NCBI GenBank assembly: GCA_023248495.1
Contig: JAHFEK010000005.1
Coordinates: 6,560 to 70,559 of the forward strand
Source of the DNA: Nitrospinales bacterium
GTDB lineage: Bacteria; Nitrospinota_A; UBA7883; JACRGQ01
DNA: 64,000 nt
Direction: 5' to 3'
Shown here: positions 40,033 through 51,761 of the stretch, piece after piece
How positions within the stretch are numbered: the first letter of the stretch is position 1
How the letters are laid out: each line of letters starts with the position of its first letter
The notes under the pieces: model-generated
Databases searched by the model: none
What the model was told of the DNA's origin: nothing
The model's input: the letters and a program-made list of their open reading frames with translations, nothing else
Position numbers and translations under genes: made by a program

Positions 40033-41547
40033 ATGTTTAGAATTACGAACCAGATGATGTACAACAACTCCCTCGTCAATATGTATACTCAAAACGAAGG
40101 ACTGTATAAATCGTCGGAACAGATGTCCTCCGGCAAGCGGGTAAACCGCCCCTCGGATGATCCGTTGGCCATAGGCGAAATAATGAATTTCCAGACCAGA
40201 TTGGACCGCAACGACCGGTATGCCACTTTTACCCAAAAAGCCAAGGGCGTGTTGAGCACCAGCGAGTCGCTTATCGCTTCCACCACCGATGTGGCCAGCC
40301 GCGCCCGTGAACTGGCGATGGGAGCGGCCAGCGGCACGTCAACCCCCCAAACCCGCCTCACCACATCATTGGAAATCGATAACCTTATTCAGCACACCAT
40401 ACAGACCGGAAACGGCAAATTTGGATCGGACTTCCTTTTCAGCGGGCGTTCGACCAACGTCCCCCCGGTGACGCAAAACGGCAGCTATCAAGGAGACACC
40501 GTGGCGCTGGACGCCGCTCTCAGCGAAAGCGCCTCCATAGCCATGACGGTCAAGGCGTCGGATTTCCTCATGGCCGATTTGTCGCCGCGATTGACGGTCA
40601 ACACGCCCCTTTCATCGGTAAAACTTGGACAGGGTATTGGCACGGGAACCTTTACCATTACCGACCGCGCCGGCGGCACGGGCACGGTAAACGTTACCCC
40701 CGGCATGACGGTTGGCAACCTGATCAGCGCTATCAACGGATCGGGGGCAAACGTCACGGCATCACTTCCGGCTTCGGGCACGTACTCCTTCCAGATAGTG
40801 GATAACAATACGACAACCGTCACCGGCCCGCTGCGTATCAACGATACCGCTGGCACGACCGCAGCCTCGCTGGGTATCGCGGGAAACCGCCCCGTGCGGG
40901 TCATGAAAAGCGACAGCCTCCGCCCCTCCGCAACGGCCGGCACCGCGCTGGCCGACCTGTATGGCGGCATCGGGCTTCCCCTTTCCGACATTTCCGTGAT
41001 TAACGGATCCACCTCCGCGACGGTTTCATTCGCCGGCGCCTCGACGGTGGGGGACATCATCAATGCCATCAATGCTTCGGGCGCAAACGTCACATCGGCG
41101 TTGAACGCGAACGGCACCTCCCTGACACTGACCTCCAATAACCCGTCCACCGTCGCATACGCAAAAGACATCAACGCGGGAAAAACCGCGGATCAACTGG
41201 GCATTGGCGGCGGGCGCAACCTGATTTTGAACCTTCAACGCCTTTCAGCCGCGCTCAAAAACAACGATGTCAAGGCGATTTCGGGCCTTTTGGACAACCT
41301 TTCCACCTCTATCGACACGACCTCCTCCATGCGGGGTGAAATTGGGGCGCGCATCAACCGTCTGGATACCAACACCACACAGCTTGAATCTTCAAAAGCC
41401 GACGTTACCACGATGCTCTCCAACGCACAGGACGCCGACATGGCGAAGGCCATATCGGATTTCTCGCTGTTGCAGGCCGCATACCAGGCAACGGCACGGA
41501 CGACGGCTCAAATCATTCAGCCCTCGCTGCTGAATTTCTTAAAATAA
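40033..41547 (+). CDS. flgL: Flagellar hook-associated protein 3
   Basis: MFRIT, SSGKRVNRPSDDP, IGARINR, QPSLLNFLK. Confidence 0.93.
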   Translation: MFRITNQMMYNNSLVNMYTQNEGLYKSSEQMSSGKRVNRPSDDPLAIGEIMNFQTRLDRNDRYATFTQKAKGVLSTSESLIASTTDVASRARELAMGAASGTSTPQTRLTTSLEIDNLIQHTIQTGNGKFGSDFLFSGRSTNVPPVTQNGSYQGDTVALDAALSESASIAMTVKASDFLMADLSPRLTVNTPLSSVKLGQGIGTGTFTITDRAGGTGTVNVTPGMTVGNLISAINGSGANVTASLPASGTYSFQIVDNNTTTVTGPLRINDTAGTTAASLGIAGNRPVRVMKSDSLRPSATAGTALADLYGGIGLPLSDISVINGSTSATVSFAGASTVGDIINAINASGANVTSALNANGTSLTLTSNNPSTVAYAKDINAGKTADQLGIGGGRNLILNLQRLSAALKNNDVKAISGLLDNLSTSIDTTSSMRGEIGARINRLDTNTTQLESSKADVTTMLSNAQDADMAKAISDFSLLQAAYQATARTTAQIIQPSLLNFLK

Positions 41548-41640
41548 AAGGGGGATAAGTGGGACAACAGCGGACACTGGAGGACCGGTTTGCGGTAGAA
41601 TACCGTAAACAAAGGCCAAGGACGGCAGAGGAGACGGAAC

Positions 41641-41886
41641 ATGCTGGTATTGACACGCAAAATCGGCGAATCGATCAACATAGGCGACAACATCAAGATT
41701 CAGATCATGGATGTGAAGGGCCGCTCGGTGCGGATCGGCATCGAAGCGCCGAAGAACATGGCCATCCACCGCGAAGAGGTGTACGCAAAAATACAGGAGG
41801 AAAATCACCTCGCCTCATCGTGGCAGGGAGTGAACATGGACGCCCTCAAAACCCTCATGGGGAACATGGGAGGGAAAAAATCATGA
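41641..41886 (+). CDS. csrA: Carbon storage regulator
   Basis: [33 protein letters not shown]-terminal extension typical of FliW-linked CsrA. Confidence 0.96.
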   Translation: MLVLTRKIGESINIGDNIKIQIMDVKGRSVRIGIEAPKNMAIHREEVYAKIQEENHLASSWQGVNMDALKTLMGNMGGKKS

Positions 41887-42323
41887 AGATCAACACCGCG
41901 CGCTACGGCGAGATCGACATCGACCCGGCGCGGATCATTTCCGTCAACGAGGGAATAATCGGCTTTCCCAACTATCGGCGGTATATCTTCCTGCCCTTCC
42001 TCGAAGGATCGCCGTTTGAACTTTTTCAGGCGCTGGATCAACCTGACCTGGCCTTTGTGGTGGTGAATCCGTTCGTGTTCAAATCGGATTATCAATTCGA
42101 CCTCGGCGATCAGGATATTGCCGACTTGCAAGTGGTCAACAAAGAGGAAATTCAAATACGGGTGATCGTAACGATCCCCGCGGATCCGCGCGAAATGACC
42201 GCGAACCTCCAGGCGCCGCTTATTATCAATGAATCGCGCCTGCTGGCAAAGCAGATCATCCTGCACGACGATGAATACACCACGAAACACAAAGTCTTCA
42301 TGGGCGGCCAACCGGTGATTTGA
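41883..42323 (+). CDS. fliW: Flagellar assembly factor FliW
   Basis: [37 protein letters not shown] overlap with csrA. Confidence 0.93.
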   Translation: MKINTARYGEIDIDPARIISVNEGIIGFPNYRRYIFLPFLEGSPFELFQALDQPDLAFVVVNPFVFKSDYQFDLGDQDIADLQVVNKEEIQIRVIVTIPADPREMTANLQAPLIINESRLLAKQIILHDDEYTTKHKVFMGGQPVI

Positions 42324-42333
42324 CCGCCAGACG

Positions 42334-43251
42334 TCAGTCTGTTCTGAGCGTGCTGATGATATCGGTGACGCGCGCGATGTTCTCCCTATCGCAATAGGCG
42401 TTCAGTTCTTCCGCCAGCCGCTGGCAAATGGCCGGCTCCACGAAGTTCATCGTTCCCACCTGAACGGCGGACGCGCCGGCAATAAGAAATTCCAGCGCGT
42501 CGTCCAGCGAGCCGATGCCGCCGATACCGATAACCGGTATCTCCACCGTCTTCACGCACTCGTAGACCATCTTCAATGCCACCGGCTTGATGGCCGGACC
42601 GGAAAGCCCCCCAAACACCCGTTTGATTTTCGGGCGGCGCGTTTTCACGTCTATGCTCATCCCCTTGAGCGTGTTGATGGCGCTGATGGCATCGCCGCCG
42701 CCGTTTTCCACCGCCGCGGCGAAGGGGCGGATATCCGCCACATTTGGCGAGAGCTTTACAATAAGCGGTTTGCCGGGGCAAACTTTTTTCACGGCGGCGG
42801 TAAGCTTTTCCAGAAACACCGGGTCGCCGCCGAATTCGATGCCCCCTTTGTCCACGTTGGGACAGGAGACGTTCATTTCCAGCGCGTGTACTCCGTCCAT
42901 CGCCGCCAGCCGCCGTGCCGCCTCCACATAGTCCGCCTCAGTGTCGCCGAAAAAATTGGCGATGACCGTTGCGCCAGCCTGGCGTATCTTCGGCAGTTTT
43001 TCCGCTTCAAACGCATCGATCCCCACATTTTCAAGGCCGATGGAATTGATCATGCCGCATGGCGTTTCACAGATACGCGGCATCTGGTTCCCCGCGCGCG
43101 ATTTCAGCGACAGCCCTTTTGTGCAAAAGGCCCCGATCTTTTTAATATCCATCATGTCGGCGAATTCCAGTCCATAGCCGAACGTGCCGCTGGCGGAGAT
43201 GATCGGGTTTTTCAGCTCTAGCGCGCCGATGCGCACTTTCAGGTCCGCCAT
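42334..43251 (-). CDS. pyrD: Dihydroorotate dehydrogenase family 1B, catalytic subunit
   Basis: ASGTFGYG, NSIGLEN, NVSCPNV, VKLSPNV, GGLSGPAIKP. Confidence 0.96.
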   Translation of the reverse strand: MADLKVRIGALELKNPIISASGTFGYGLEFADMMDIKKIGAFCTKGLSLKSRAGNQMPRICETPCGMINSIGLENVGIDAFEAEKLPKIRQAGATVIANFFGDTEADYVEAARRLAAMDGVHALEMNVSCPNVDKGGIEFGGDPVFLEKLTAAVKKVCPGKPLIVKLSPNVADIRPFAAAVENGGGDAISAINTLKGMSIDVKTRRPKIKRVFGGLSGPAIKPVALKMVYECVKTVEIPVIGIGGIGSLDDALEFLIAGASAVQVGTMNFVEPAICQRLAEELNAYCDRENIARVTDIISTLRTD

Positions 43252-43973
43252 AGCACCTCCCCGGTTTTGAAAACAGGCCCTTCAACGCACATCCGCTTCC
43301 GCCCGCCGGTGGTATCGCACACGCAGCCGAGGCAAACCCCGAAGCCGCAGCCCATCCGCTCCTCCAGCGAAAGCTCTCCACGCAATCCATCCTTAACGGC
43401 AAGCTGGTCGATGGCCTTCAGCATTCCCGTGGGGCCGCAGGCGAGGATGTAGCCGGTTTTATTTTTGTACGCTGCATGCTCTATAAGCGGCGCGGTGACA
43501 AGCCCTTTCCGGCCAACCGATCCGTTTTCCGTGGCGACATGCGCTTCTGAAAACTCATCCGAGCAGAGAATATCATTTTCGGTGGCGCCGCCGATAAAGG
43601 CCGCGGCCCTGCGCGAAGGGTTGCGTTTCGCCCAGAACAGAAGCGGCGCGACGCCGATGCCGCCGGCCACCAAAAGCACGGCATCCGTTTTGGGCGGGGT
43701 GAAGGCCGAGCCGAACGGCCCGAGGACATCGATATGGTCACCTGCTTTTTTTTCAGCTAGCAACGCGGTCCCGCGCCCCACCACTTTAAAAATCACGCTC
43801 ATGACACCGCCATCAAGACCCGCGATGCTCATGGGCCGGCGCAATAACGGATCGTTGTGTTCCGCCACTTTCAGCATGATGAACTGCCCCGGCAAAGCCT
43901 CGCCGGCGAATTCAAATTCCATGCGGAAGTATCCGCGCTTCACCTCTCTGCTTGTTATGATATTTGACTTCAT
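43239..43973 (-). CDS. pyrK: Dihydroorotate dehydrogenase electron transfer subunit
   Basis: LRRPMSI, GGIGVAP, ACGP, MGCGFGVCLGC..CVEGPVF. Confidence 0.94.
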   Translation of the reverse strand: MKSNIITSREVKRGYFRMEFEFAGEALPGQFIMLKVAEHNDPLLRRPMSIAGLDGGVMSVIFKVVGRGTALLAEKKAGDHIDVLGPFGSAFTPPKTDAVLLVAGGIGVAPLLFWAKRNPSRRAAAFIGGATENDILCSDEFSEAHVATENGSVGRKGLVTAPLIEHAAYKNKTGYILACGPTGMLKAIDQLAVKDGLRGELSLEERMGCGFGVCLGCVCDTTGGRKRMCVEGPVFKTGEVLWRT

Positions 43974-44043
43974 TGTTATATTTGATCCATGCGTATTTTA
44001 GCGTACCTCGCAATGCAAAATCAGAATTTGTAATTTCATAAAT

Positions 44044-45492
44044 TCAGCGCGCGGTCTCCAAAGGCTCCAGGCCGATTTTGCCGATAAATTCGAAAAGCTG
44101 AAGCTGCACGCTCAAATCACCGTCCGTCAGCTTGATATGGGTGGCGTCGGCGATGTCCTGCCCAAAGGTCGGATCCATCGCCACCCACTCACCGGCCCAC
44201 ACTTCGGGCCACGCATGGTAGAGGAAACCTTTATAGTCCTCGGCATACACGATGCCGGAGACGGTTCTTACCGGAATGCCCGCCGCTTTCGCCAGCGCCG
44301 CGAAAAGATTGGTGTGCGACTGGCATTCCCCCTCAAGCGATTTCAGCGTTGCCACGCCCGAGAACGTGTCTATATATTTTTTCTTCACGTTGGTAAAAAC
44401 CCACCGGTTGATTTTCACGGCGGCGCGGAACAGGTCGGTTTCCGTGCCGGTGATTTCCGCCGCTTTGGCGATGACGGCGGGGTCATCCGATTGCGCCTCG
44501 ATCGTGGGCTTCAGGAATTCGCCGAACCGGGGCGCGGGCGCGGGACGGCTTATCCGGACGATATTTTTCTCGCGGTTTTTCCGCACCTCCAGCGTCACGG
44601 TCCACGGCGGCCCGCCGTTACCCGCCGATTTTTCGGCTGAAAGAATTTTCTGCCGGTCGTCGCCTGGTATCAGATCGGGCGCATCGAGGCCGGTGATCCG
44701 CGCGCGCAGCAGTGTAACTGCGCCGGCTTTCTCCACGGGCCGCGCCACGGGAATGAGGCTGTACGCCAGCAGGCCGGTGAAGCTGACTCGCTCCAGCGGA
44801 AAATCGAGCGCCTGTTTTTCGCTCACCGGCCGCGAAACAAAACCCATCGGGGATATTTCGCGCAGAACGCGCCCCTCCGGCGTGATATAGGAAACGGTGG
44901 CGAAGCTCTTAAGCTTCATTGTGACCGGAAACACCTTCGCCTTTTTTCCTTCAAAATCGAAATCCATCAGGGGGCCGACTTCGACATTCATCGTTTCGGA
45001 GGCGAGCAGCGGCTCCAGAAACACGCGGAACGAAAACTTTTCACCGCCCCGCAGCTTTTTTTTCCCCAGCAACAGGGCCATTGTGTCGGCCACATAAACC
45101 TGATCTTCCAGCGGCACCGTTTTGTGGCTGACCGCCCCGGCCGATTCCACGGTCACCGCCATTTCATTTCCCCGCACCACGCCTTCGAAATACTGGCGGT
45201 GATTGAGCATCTTCTGCATGTAAGTGAACCTTAGGGGACGAAAGTCCGCGTCGAGGAAATAGGCGCTGCTGGTGCTCAAGTCCTGTTCCGCGCCCCCCAT
45301 TTCCATCTTCATCACCGCTTTGCTTTCGATGCGGTACCCGGAGCTGTCTTTGGTGACTTTTTGGTGGGAGAAACCGATTTTTTTGCCGTTCATCTGAAGT
45401 TCCATCCACTCGTCGGCGATGGTTTCAGCGGAAGCGGGAAGGCAACAATACAGAAGAAAAAGGGCCGCCAGAACCGCCGTTTTACGGCGCAT
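44044..45492 (-). CDS. Exported transglutaminase-like (Cys-His-Asp) protein
   Basis: Signal peptide; [31 protein letters not shown]. Confidence 0.85.
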   Translation of the reverse strand: MRRKTAVLAALFLLYCCLPASAETIADEWMELQMNGKKIGFSHQKVTKDSSGYRIESKAVMKMEMGGAEQDLSTSSAYFLDADFRPLRFTYMQKMLNHRQYFEGVVRGNEMAVTVESAGAVSHKTVPLEDQVYVADTMALLLGKKKLRGGEKFSFRVFLEPLLASETMNVEVGPLMDFDFEGKKAKVFPVTMKLKSFATVSYITPEGRVLREISPMGFVSRPVSEKQALDFPLERVSFTGLLAYSLIPVARPVEKAGAVTLLRARITGLDAPDLIPGDDRQKILSAEKSAGNGGPPWTVTLEVRKNREKNIVRISRPAPAPRFGEFLKPTIEAQSDDPAVIAKAAEITGTETDLFRAAVKINRWVFTNVKKKYIDTFSGVATLKSLEGECQSHTNLFAALAKAAGIPVRTVSGIVYAEDYKGFLYHAWPEVWAGEWVAMDPTFGQDIADATHIKLTDGDLSVQLQLFEFIGKIGLEPLETAR

Positions 45493-48400
45493 GATACTCC
45501 TGCAACGAGCGAACTTCGATTTCCCCCTCGCCCATCGCCTTGATGGCGGCAATGTACGAATGTGCCCCGGCGATGGTGGTGGTGTAGGGAATATTGAGGT
45601 TCAACGCCGTGCGGCGGATCGATTGGCTATCGAGAATAGCCTGTTTGCCAAAGGTGGTATTCACCACCAGCGCGATCTGAGCCGCCTCCATCATTTCCAC
45701 GATGTGCGGCGAGCCGTCTTTCACCTTGTTCACGATTTCAGCCGAAAGGCCACCTTCCCTAAGCGCCGCGCCGGTTCCCGCGGTGGCCACCAGCGTGAAA
45801 CCAAGCCCGGTCAGGCCTCGGGCGACCTCCACGGCCGCCTTCCGGTCATACTCGGCGACAGAGAGGAAAGCCTTTCCGCCGCGCGGAATTTTGGCGCCCG
45901 ATCCCAGTGTGGCGCGGGCGAACGCCGATCCAAAGGACCAGTCTATCCCCATCACTTCGCCGGTCGATTTCATTTCAGGCCCCAGGAGCACATCGACCCC
46001 CGGAAATTTTATGAAGGGAAATACCGCTTCTTTTACGCTGACATGCCGGGGCATTTTCTGGCTGACGAAGCCGAGATCGGTCAGCGTTTCACCGGCCATC
46101 ACGCGCGCGGCAATCTTGGCCAGCGGCACCCCGGTCGCCTTGGCGACGAACGGCACGGTGCGCGAGGCGCGCGGATTTACTTCGAGGACGTAGACGGCGT
46201 CCCCTTTTACGGCGAACTGGATGTTCAGCAGGCCGATGACGTTCAGTTCGTCGGCCAGTTTTTTGGTTTGGATGCAGATTTCATCGATAATCTTTTGCGG
46301 CAGGTCGCGCGGCGGCAACGAGCAGGCGCTATCGCCGCTGTGGACACCCGCCTCTTCAATGTGCTGCATCACGCCCCCCACCACGGTCAGCGTGCCGTCG
46401 CGCACGGCATCCACATCCACTTCGGTACTGTCGTTTAAAAACTTGTCGATAAGCACCGGCCGGTCATGCGACACCTTCACGGCGTTCTCCATGTACCGCG
46501 TGAGCGACGCCTCGTCGTATACGATCTCCATCGCGCGGCCGCCCAGCACATAGGAGGGACGCACCACCACCGGATAGCCGATGCGGTTACATATGGCGAC
46601 GGCCTCCGGCTTATTGGTGGCCGTGCCGTTTTCCGGCTGCCTGAGTCCGAGCTTTACAACCACTTCCTGAAACCGTTTGCGATCCTCGGCACGGTCGATG
46701 GCATCCGGCGACGTGCCGATAATCGGCACGCCGGCCTTCTCCAAGGATACCGCGAGCTTCAAAGGCGTTTGCCCGCCAAATTGCACAATAACGCCCACCG
46801 GCTTTTCCTTGTCCACTATTTCCAGCACGTCCTCAAGGGTGAGCGGCTCAAAATAAAGCCGGTCGGCGGTGTCGAAATCGGTGGAAACGGTTTCGGGATT
46901 GCAGTTCACCATGATGGTTTCGTACCCGGCTTCCTTGAGCGCGAAAACACCATGCACGCAACAGTAATCGAATTCAATCCCCTGCCCGATGCGGTTGGGA
47001 CCGCCGCCGAGGATCATGATTTTCTTTCTGGATGTCGGCTCGGATTCGCACTCTTCCTCGTAAGTGGAATACATGTACGGAGTGAGCGCCTCAAACTCTG
47101 CGGCGCAGGTATCGATCCGCTTAAAAACGGGGCGGACGCCAAGCGCATGCCTTTTTTCGCGCACGGCGGACTCCTTCACGCCGCAAATCCGGGCGATCCG
47201 CCGGTCGCCGAATCCCATCCGTTTGTATGTCCGCATCGCATCGGCGGTGGCGGGAAGGCCTGCGGCCTTCAGTGCCGCCTCAGCCTCGACAATTTCCTTG
47301 ATGTTATCCAAGAACCAGGGATCGATGTGGGTGAGGCCATGCACCTCTTCAATACTCCAGCCAAAACGGAATGCCTGCGCCGCTCCCAGGATGCGGAACG
47401 GATAGGAGGTCTTGAGCTTTTCCTTCAAATCCTCCGGGGTGATGGACACTTCGTCCAGCCCGTCGATGCCGGTCTCCATGGATCGGAGCGCTTTTTGCAA
47501 CGACTCCTTGAAGGTGCGTCCAATCGCCATCGCCTCGCCCACCGATTTCATCTGCGAGCTGAGCAACGCCTCCGCCTGTGGAAATTTTTCGAAATCGAAA
47601 CGCGGTATTTTGGTGACGCAGTAGTCGATGGACGGCTCGAACGCGGCCCAGGTCTTTTTGGTGATGTCATTCGGTATCTCGTCCAGCGTGTAGCCGATGG
47701 AGAGCTTCGCCGCGATGCGCGCGATCGGAAAGCCGGTGGCCTTGCTGGCGAGCGCGGAACTGCGCGACACGCGCGGATTCATTTCAATGATCTGCAGTTC
47801 GCCGTCGGCGGGATTCACGGCGTACTGGATGTTGCTGCCGCCGGTGTCCACGCCGATCTTGCGGATGATCTTCAACGCCGCGTCGCGCATCATCTGGTAT
47901 TCGCGGTCGGTGAGCGTCTGCGCGGGGGCGACGGTAATGCTATCGCCGGTGTGCACCCCCATCGGATCGAGATTCTCGATGGAGCATACGATGACGACGT
48001 TGTCCTTGCGGTCACGCATCACTTCCAGCTCGAATTCCTTCCAGCCGAGGAGCGACTGCTCAATCATGATTTCGGTGATGGGGCTTTGGGCCAGCCCCCA
48101 TTTGGCCTTTTCGATAAAGTCTTTGCGGGTATTCGCCACGCCGCCGCCCTGCCCGCCCAGGGTGAACGAAGGGCGGATGATGCATGGCAGGCCGACGCGG
48201 TCAACCACTTCCATCGCCTTTTCAAAGGTGTTGGCGAAGCCGGAGCGCGGCACGTTGAGGCCGATTTCGATCATAGCCTGCTTGAAAAGCGAGCGGTCTT
48301 CGGCGCGCTTAATCGCATCAAGATTCGCACCGATCATCTCCACGTTGTACTGCTTCAGCACGCCGCTTTCGGCCAGACCGACCGCGAGGTTAAGCGCCGT

Positions 48401-48679
48401 CTGCCCGCCGACGGTGGGAAGCACCGCATCGGGCCGTTCGCGCTTGATGATCTTCGCCAACACGTCGACCGTCAGCGGCTCCACATAGGTGCGGTCGGCG
48501 AACTGCGGATCGGTCATGATGGTGGCTGGATTGCTGTTGGCAAGAATCACGCGGATTCCCTCCTCCATCAACGCCTTGGCCGCCTGGGTTCCCGAGTAAT
48601 CGAATTCGCACGCTTGGCCGATCACGATGGGGCCGGCCCCGATAATCAGCACGCTCCTAATATCTTTTCGTTTTGGCAC
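45482..48679 (-). CDS. carB: Carbamoyl-phosphate synthase large subunit
   Basis: [15 protein letters not shown], two ATP-grasp halves, C-terminal MGS domain. Confidence 0.98.
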   Translation of the reverse strand: MPKRKDIRSVLIIGAGPIVIGQACEFDYSGTQAAKALMEEGIRVILANSNPATIMTDPQFADRTYVEPLTVDVLAKIIKRERPDAVLPTVGGQTALNLAVGLAESGVLKQYNVEMIGANLDAIKRAEDRSLFKQAMIEIGLNVPRSGFANTFEKAMEVVDRVGLPCIIRPSFTLGGQGGGVANTRKDFIEKAKWGLAQSPITEIMIEQSLLGWKEFELEVMRDRKDNVVIVCSIENLDPMGVHTGDSITVAPAQTLTDREYQMMRDAALKIIRKIGVDTGGSNIQYAVNPADGELQIIEMNPRVSRSSALASKATGFPIARIAAKLSIGYTLDEIPNDITKKTWAAFEPSIDYCVTKIPRFDFEKFPQAEALLSSQMKSVGEAMAIGRTFKESLQKALRSMETGIDGLDEVSITPEDLKEKLKTSYPFRILGAAQAFRFGWSIEEVHGLTHIDPWFLDNIKEIVEAEAALKAAGLPATADAMRTYKRMGFGDRRIARICGVKESAVREKRHALGVRPVFKRIDTCAAEFEALTPYMYSTYEEECESEPTSRKKIMILGGGPNRIGQGIEFDYCCVHGVFALKEAGYETIMVNCNPETVSTDFDTADRLYFEPLTLEDVLEIVDKEKPVGVIVQFGGQTPLKLAVSLEKAGVPIIGTSPDAIDRAEDRKRFQEVVVKLGLRQPENGTATNKPEAVAICNRIGYPVVVRPSYVLGGRAMEIVYDEASLTRYMENAVKVSHDRPVLIDKFLNDSTEVDVDAVRDGTLTVVGGVMQHIEEAGVHSGDSACSLPPRDLPQKIIDEICIQTKKLADELNVIGLLNIQFAVKGDAVYVLEVNPRASRTVPFVAKATGVPLAKIAARVMAGETLTDLGFVSQKMPRHVSVKEAVFPFIKFPGVDVLLGPEMKSTGEVMGIDWSFGSAFARATLGSGAKIPRGGKAFLSVAEYDRKAAVEVARGLTGLGFTLVATAGTGAALREGGLSAEIVNKVKDGSPHIVEMMEAAQIALVVNTTFGKQAILDSQSIRRTALNLNIPYTTTIAGAHSYIAAIKAMGEGEIEVRSLQEYHAP

Positions 48680-48682
48680 GGG

Positions 48683-49351
48683 TCACATCCTGTAAATATC
48701 TTCAATGCTGATCTGCCGGAAGCGGCGCCACTTCAGCTGCATTCCCTGCAGTTTAAAAAATAACTCTTGGCCCAGCGGCTTATTCTTGTATTTTCGCAAT
48801 TCAGCGCGGATCGGACGCAACGCGGTCTTTGGATGCAACACGTGGGTATAGGTGAAAAAACAACCTTTACCCACGCAAATAACGCGGCTTTCAAGGATGT
48901 CTCCCGCTTCCAGATGGTCGTCGCCGGTAACCACATAGTTACGCCGCCCCGCCAAATCGCGCGCGACGGTTACGCCGCCAACGCATGATTTAACCAAAAA
49001 GACCGAGTGCACCTGGCGCGAAAGCGCGATCCAGTTAATCATATCGGCGGAACTTGTTTCCTTCCGTTTTTCGTCGAGAAACCGGTCGTACACCGAGCGC
49101 GTTCCCGCCCCCCCGGGCCGATAATCGAAAATGAACCACTCGAGGAACGTATTCATCCGCTGTATGAAATCGGGGTCATCTTCGTTGGTCTTGCCCGCTT
49201 TTATATAAAACATTTCACGGGCGGTATTGAGGCTTTCGGCAAAACGCGGCTCGGAGGCGTATTCGATCAACCGGTCCAGCAGGCCGCGGATCACATGGTA
49301 ACCCTCCGGGGCCGGTTGGCCGATGGTCTTTTTGAAGATGAAGTCGAGCAT
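48683..49351 (-). CDS. Hypothetical protein between carA and carB
   Basis: 222-aa ORF whose start overlaps the carA stop; FLEWFIFDY motif. Confidence 0.75.
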   Translation of the reverse strand: MLDFIFKKTIGQPAPEGYHVIRGLLDRLIEYASEPRFAESLNTAREMFYIKAGKTNEDDPDFIQRMNTFLEWFIFDYRPGGAGTRSVYDRFLDEKRKETSSADMINWIALSRQVHSVFLVKSCVGGVTVARDLAGRRNYVVTGDDHLEAGDILESRVICVGKGCFFTYTHVLHPKTALRPIRAELRKYKNKPLGQELFFKLQGMQLKWRRFRQISIEDIYRM

Positions 49352-50478
49352 CAGGCAACGCTCCCGTGTTGTGCCATTATTTCAACGAATTGGTCGAAAT
49401 GCACGGTCGTATCGTGCGGACCGGGTGACGCTTCAGGATGGTACTGTACCGAAAATGCGGGAAATGTCTTGTGACGCACCCCTTCCACCGTGTTGTCGTT
49501 GAGGCTAAGGTGGGTTATTTCCAGCGCGGCGGGGAGCGTTTCGCCGTCGACGGCGAAGCCGTGATTTTGCGAAGTAATCCGCACCACCCGCCCGGCGGCA
49601 ATATCCATCACCGGGTGGTTGCAGCCGCGGTGGCCGAATTTCAGCTTGAATGTTTTTGCCCCCAGCGCGAGGCTCATGATCTGATGCCCCAGGCAAATGC
49701 CAAAAATGGGGTACTTGCCCAACATGGCTTTCACGGCGTCGATGGCGTAAATGACCGCTTCCGGGTCGCCGGGGCCGTTGGAAAGGAAAACGCCGTCCGG
49801 CTTGAACGCGGCGATTTTATCCGCCGGAGTATCGGCCGGAAATACGGTGACGGCGCAGCCCCGCTCAACCAGATGACGCAGGATATTGCGCTTGATGCCA
49901 AAATCGTACGCCGCCACTTTGAAGCGGGGCTTGATGTTTTTGCCAAAGCCTTTGCCGAGTTCCCACAATCCGCCGGTGAATTCATAGGGTGTCTTGCAGG
50001 TAACGCGCTTTGCCAAATCGGCCCCCGCCATGCTCTCGTGGGCGCGCGCTTTGGCGGTGAGGACGTCCACATCGGCGGCAACCGTGCTAATAATGCCCCG
50101 CATCGCGCCGCGGCTGCGAAGGTGGCGGGTAAGGGCGCGCGTATCGATATCGCGTATGCCGACGATACGCTGTTCTTGCAGGTATTGCTCCAGCGGCTTC
50201 GCGGCGCGGAAGTTGCTCATGATGCGGCTTGGCTCTTTCACGATAAAGCCGGCGGCCTGGATTTTTCCCGATTCTTCGTCTTCGGGCGTAATGCCGTAGT
50301 TGCCGATAAGCGGATAGGTCATGGTAATGAGCTGTCCGGTATAGGAGGGATCGGTCAAAATTTCCTGGTACCCGCTTAAGCCGGTGTTGAACACCACCTC
50401 GCCCACGGTCTCCCCGGCGGCCCCAAAAGAGTGGCCGGCAAACGCCCTGCCATCTTCGAGAACGAGTACTGCCTTCAT
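49351..50478 (-). CDS. carA: Carbamoyl-phosphate synthase small subunit
   Basis: [43 protein letters not shown]. Confidence 0.98.
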   Translation of the reverse strand: MKAVLVLEDGRAFAGHSFGAAGETVGEVVFNTGLSGYQEILTDPSYTGQLITMTYPLIGNYGITPEDEESGKIQAAGFIVKEPSRIMSNFRAAKPLEQYLQEQRIVGIRDIDTRALTRHLRSRGAMRGIISTVAADVDVLTAKARAHESMAGADLAKRVTCKTPYEFTGGLWELGKGFGKNIKPRFKVAAYDFGIKRNILRHLVERGCAVTVFPADTPADKIAAFKPDGVFLSNGPGDPEAVIYAIDAVKAMLGKYPIFGICLGHQIMSLALGAKTFKLKFGHRGCNHPVMDIAAGRVVRITSQNHGFAVDGETLPAALEITHLSLNDNTVEGVRHKTFPAFSVQYHPEASPGPHDTTVHFDQFVEIMAQHGSVA

Positions 50479-51761
50479 AAATTCGACGGATTATACACGA
50501 TTCGCCCCCCGACGATGGTAAGGCAATTTTTCCCCACAAGCTCCTTGCCCGCGAAGGGGGTGTTTTTGCCCAGGCTCACAAATTCGGCGGGATCCACTAT
50601 CCATTTTTTTTCCGAATCAAAAATACAAATATTGGCCGGCGCGCCCTCTTTGAGCGTCCCCCCCGGCAGGTTGAATATCTTCGCCGGGTTGGTGGAAAGC
50701 AAAGCCACAAGGCGCGGCAGCGTGACGACGCCTTCCCGCACCAGCAACATCGAAAGGCCCAACGAAGTTTCCAGCCCCACGATGCCATACGGGGCCTGAT
50801 CTATCTCCAGCTCTTTTTCCCATTTGGCGTGCGGGGCGTGATCGGTGGCGATGCAGTCGATGGTGCCATCGCGCAGCCCCTCTTTCATGGCGGCCAGATC
50901 GTCAGCGGTCCGCAACGGCGGGTTCATTTTGTAATTGGCGTCAAATGCCTCAAGGCTTTTTTCAGTGAGGGTGAAATGGTGCGGCGCCACCTCGCAGGTG
51001 ACGGCGGTTCCCAACGCTTTGGCGGCGCGCACGCTTTCCACCGCCCCGCGCGTACTGATGTGCGCTATATGAACGGGACGCTTCAGGTACGCGGCGATAT
51101 CAATGTCGCGCCGGGCGATGACGTCCTCCGCGACGGCGGGCATCCCCTTGATGCCGAGGCGGGCGCTGGTCTCCCCCTCGTTCATGATGCCGCCCTTGAC
51201 GAGGTGCTCATCCTCGCAGTGCTCCACGATGGTGAGGCCGAACATCGCGGCATAGTCCATCGCGTGCCGCAGCACGCGCGCATCCATCACGCACCTGCCA
51301 TCATCGGAAAGCGCCACCACGCCGGCTTTCTTCATCTCGCCGATCTCGGCCAGCTCTTCCCCTTTAAGCCCCTTGGTAATGGCGCCGATGGGATAAACGC
51401 GCGCGCCGTCGACGGCGGCGGCTTTTTCCAAAATGAAGCGGGTGACCGAGGCGTTATCGTTCACCGGTTTGGTGTTCGCCATGCAGCAGATGGCGGTGAA
51501 CCCGCCGGCCGCCGCGGCCATGCTGCCCGTGGCAATGGTCTCTTTGTATTCAAAACCCGGCTCGCGCAGATGGACATGCAGGTCGATAAACCCGGGGGAA
51601 ACCACCAGCCCTTCCGCGTCAACGGTTTTCGCGCCGCTGGCGGACAGGCTCTTTCCCACCTCGGCGATGACGCCGTCCTTCACGAGGACATCCAGAATGC
51701 CGTCGATGCCGCGCGACGGGTCTATCACGCGGCCGTTTTGTATCAATATCCCGTTGCTCAC
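50475..51761 (-). CDS. pyrC: Dihydroorotase
   Basis: [31 protein letters not shown] start overlapping the pyrB stop. Confidence 0.96.
   Translation of the reverse strand: MSNGILIQNGRVIDPSRGIDGILDVLVKDGVIAEVGKSLSASGAKTVDAEGLVVSPGFIDLHVHLREPGFEYKETIATGSMAAAAGGFTAICCMANTKPVNDNASVTRFILEKAAAVDGARVYPIGAITKGLKGEELAEIGEMKKAGVVALSDDGRCVMDARVLRHAMDYAAMFGLTIVEHCEDEHLVKGGIMNEGETSARLGIKGMPAVAEDVIARRDIDIAAYLKRPVHIAHISTRGAVESVRAAKALGTAVTCEVAPHHFTLTEKSLEAFDANYKMNPPLRTADDLAAMKEGLRDGTIDCIATDHAPHAKWEKELEIDQAPYGIVGLETSLGLSMLLVREGVVTLPRLVALLSTNPAKIFNLPGGTLKEGAPANICIFDSEKKWIVDPAEFVSLGKNTPFAGKELVGKNCLTIVGGRIVYNPSNL

Noticed and set aside
41559..41882. N-terminal extension of the 254-aa FliW ORF
   Set aside because: It overlaps csrA in another frame; the FliW family sequence starts at ATG 41883.
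46466..48763. 765-aa plus-strand ORF (also 45419-46438)
   Set aside because: Antisense shadow of carB, expected from GC-rich codon bias; no recognisable motifs.
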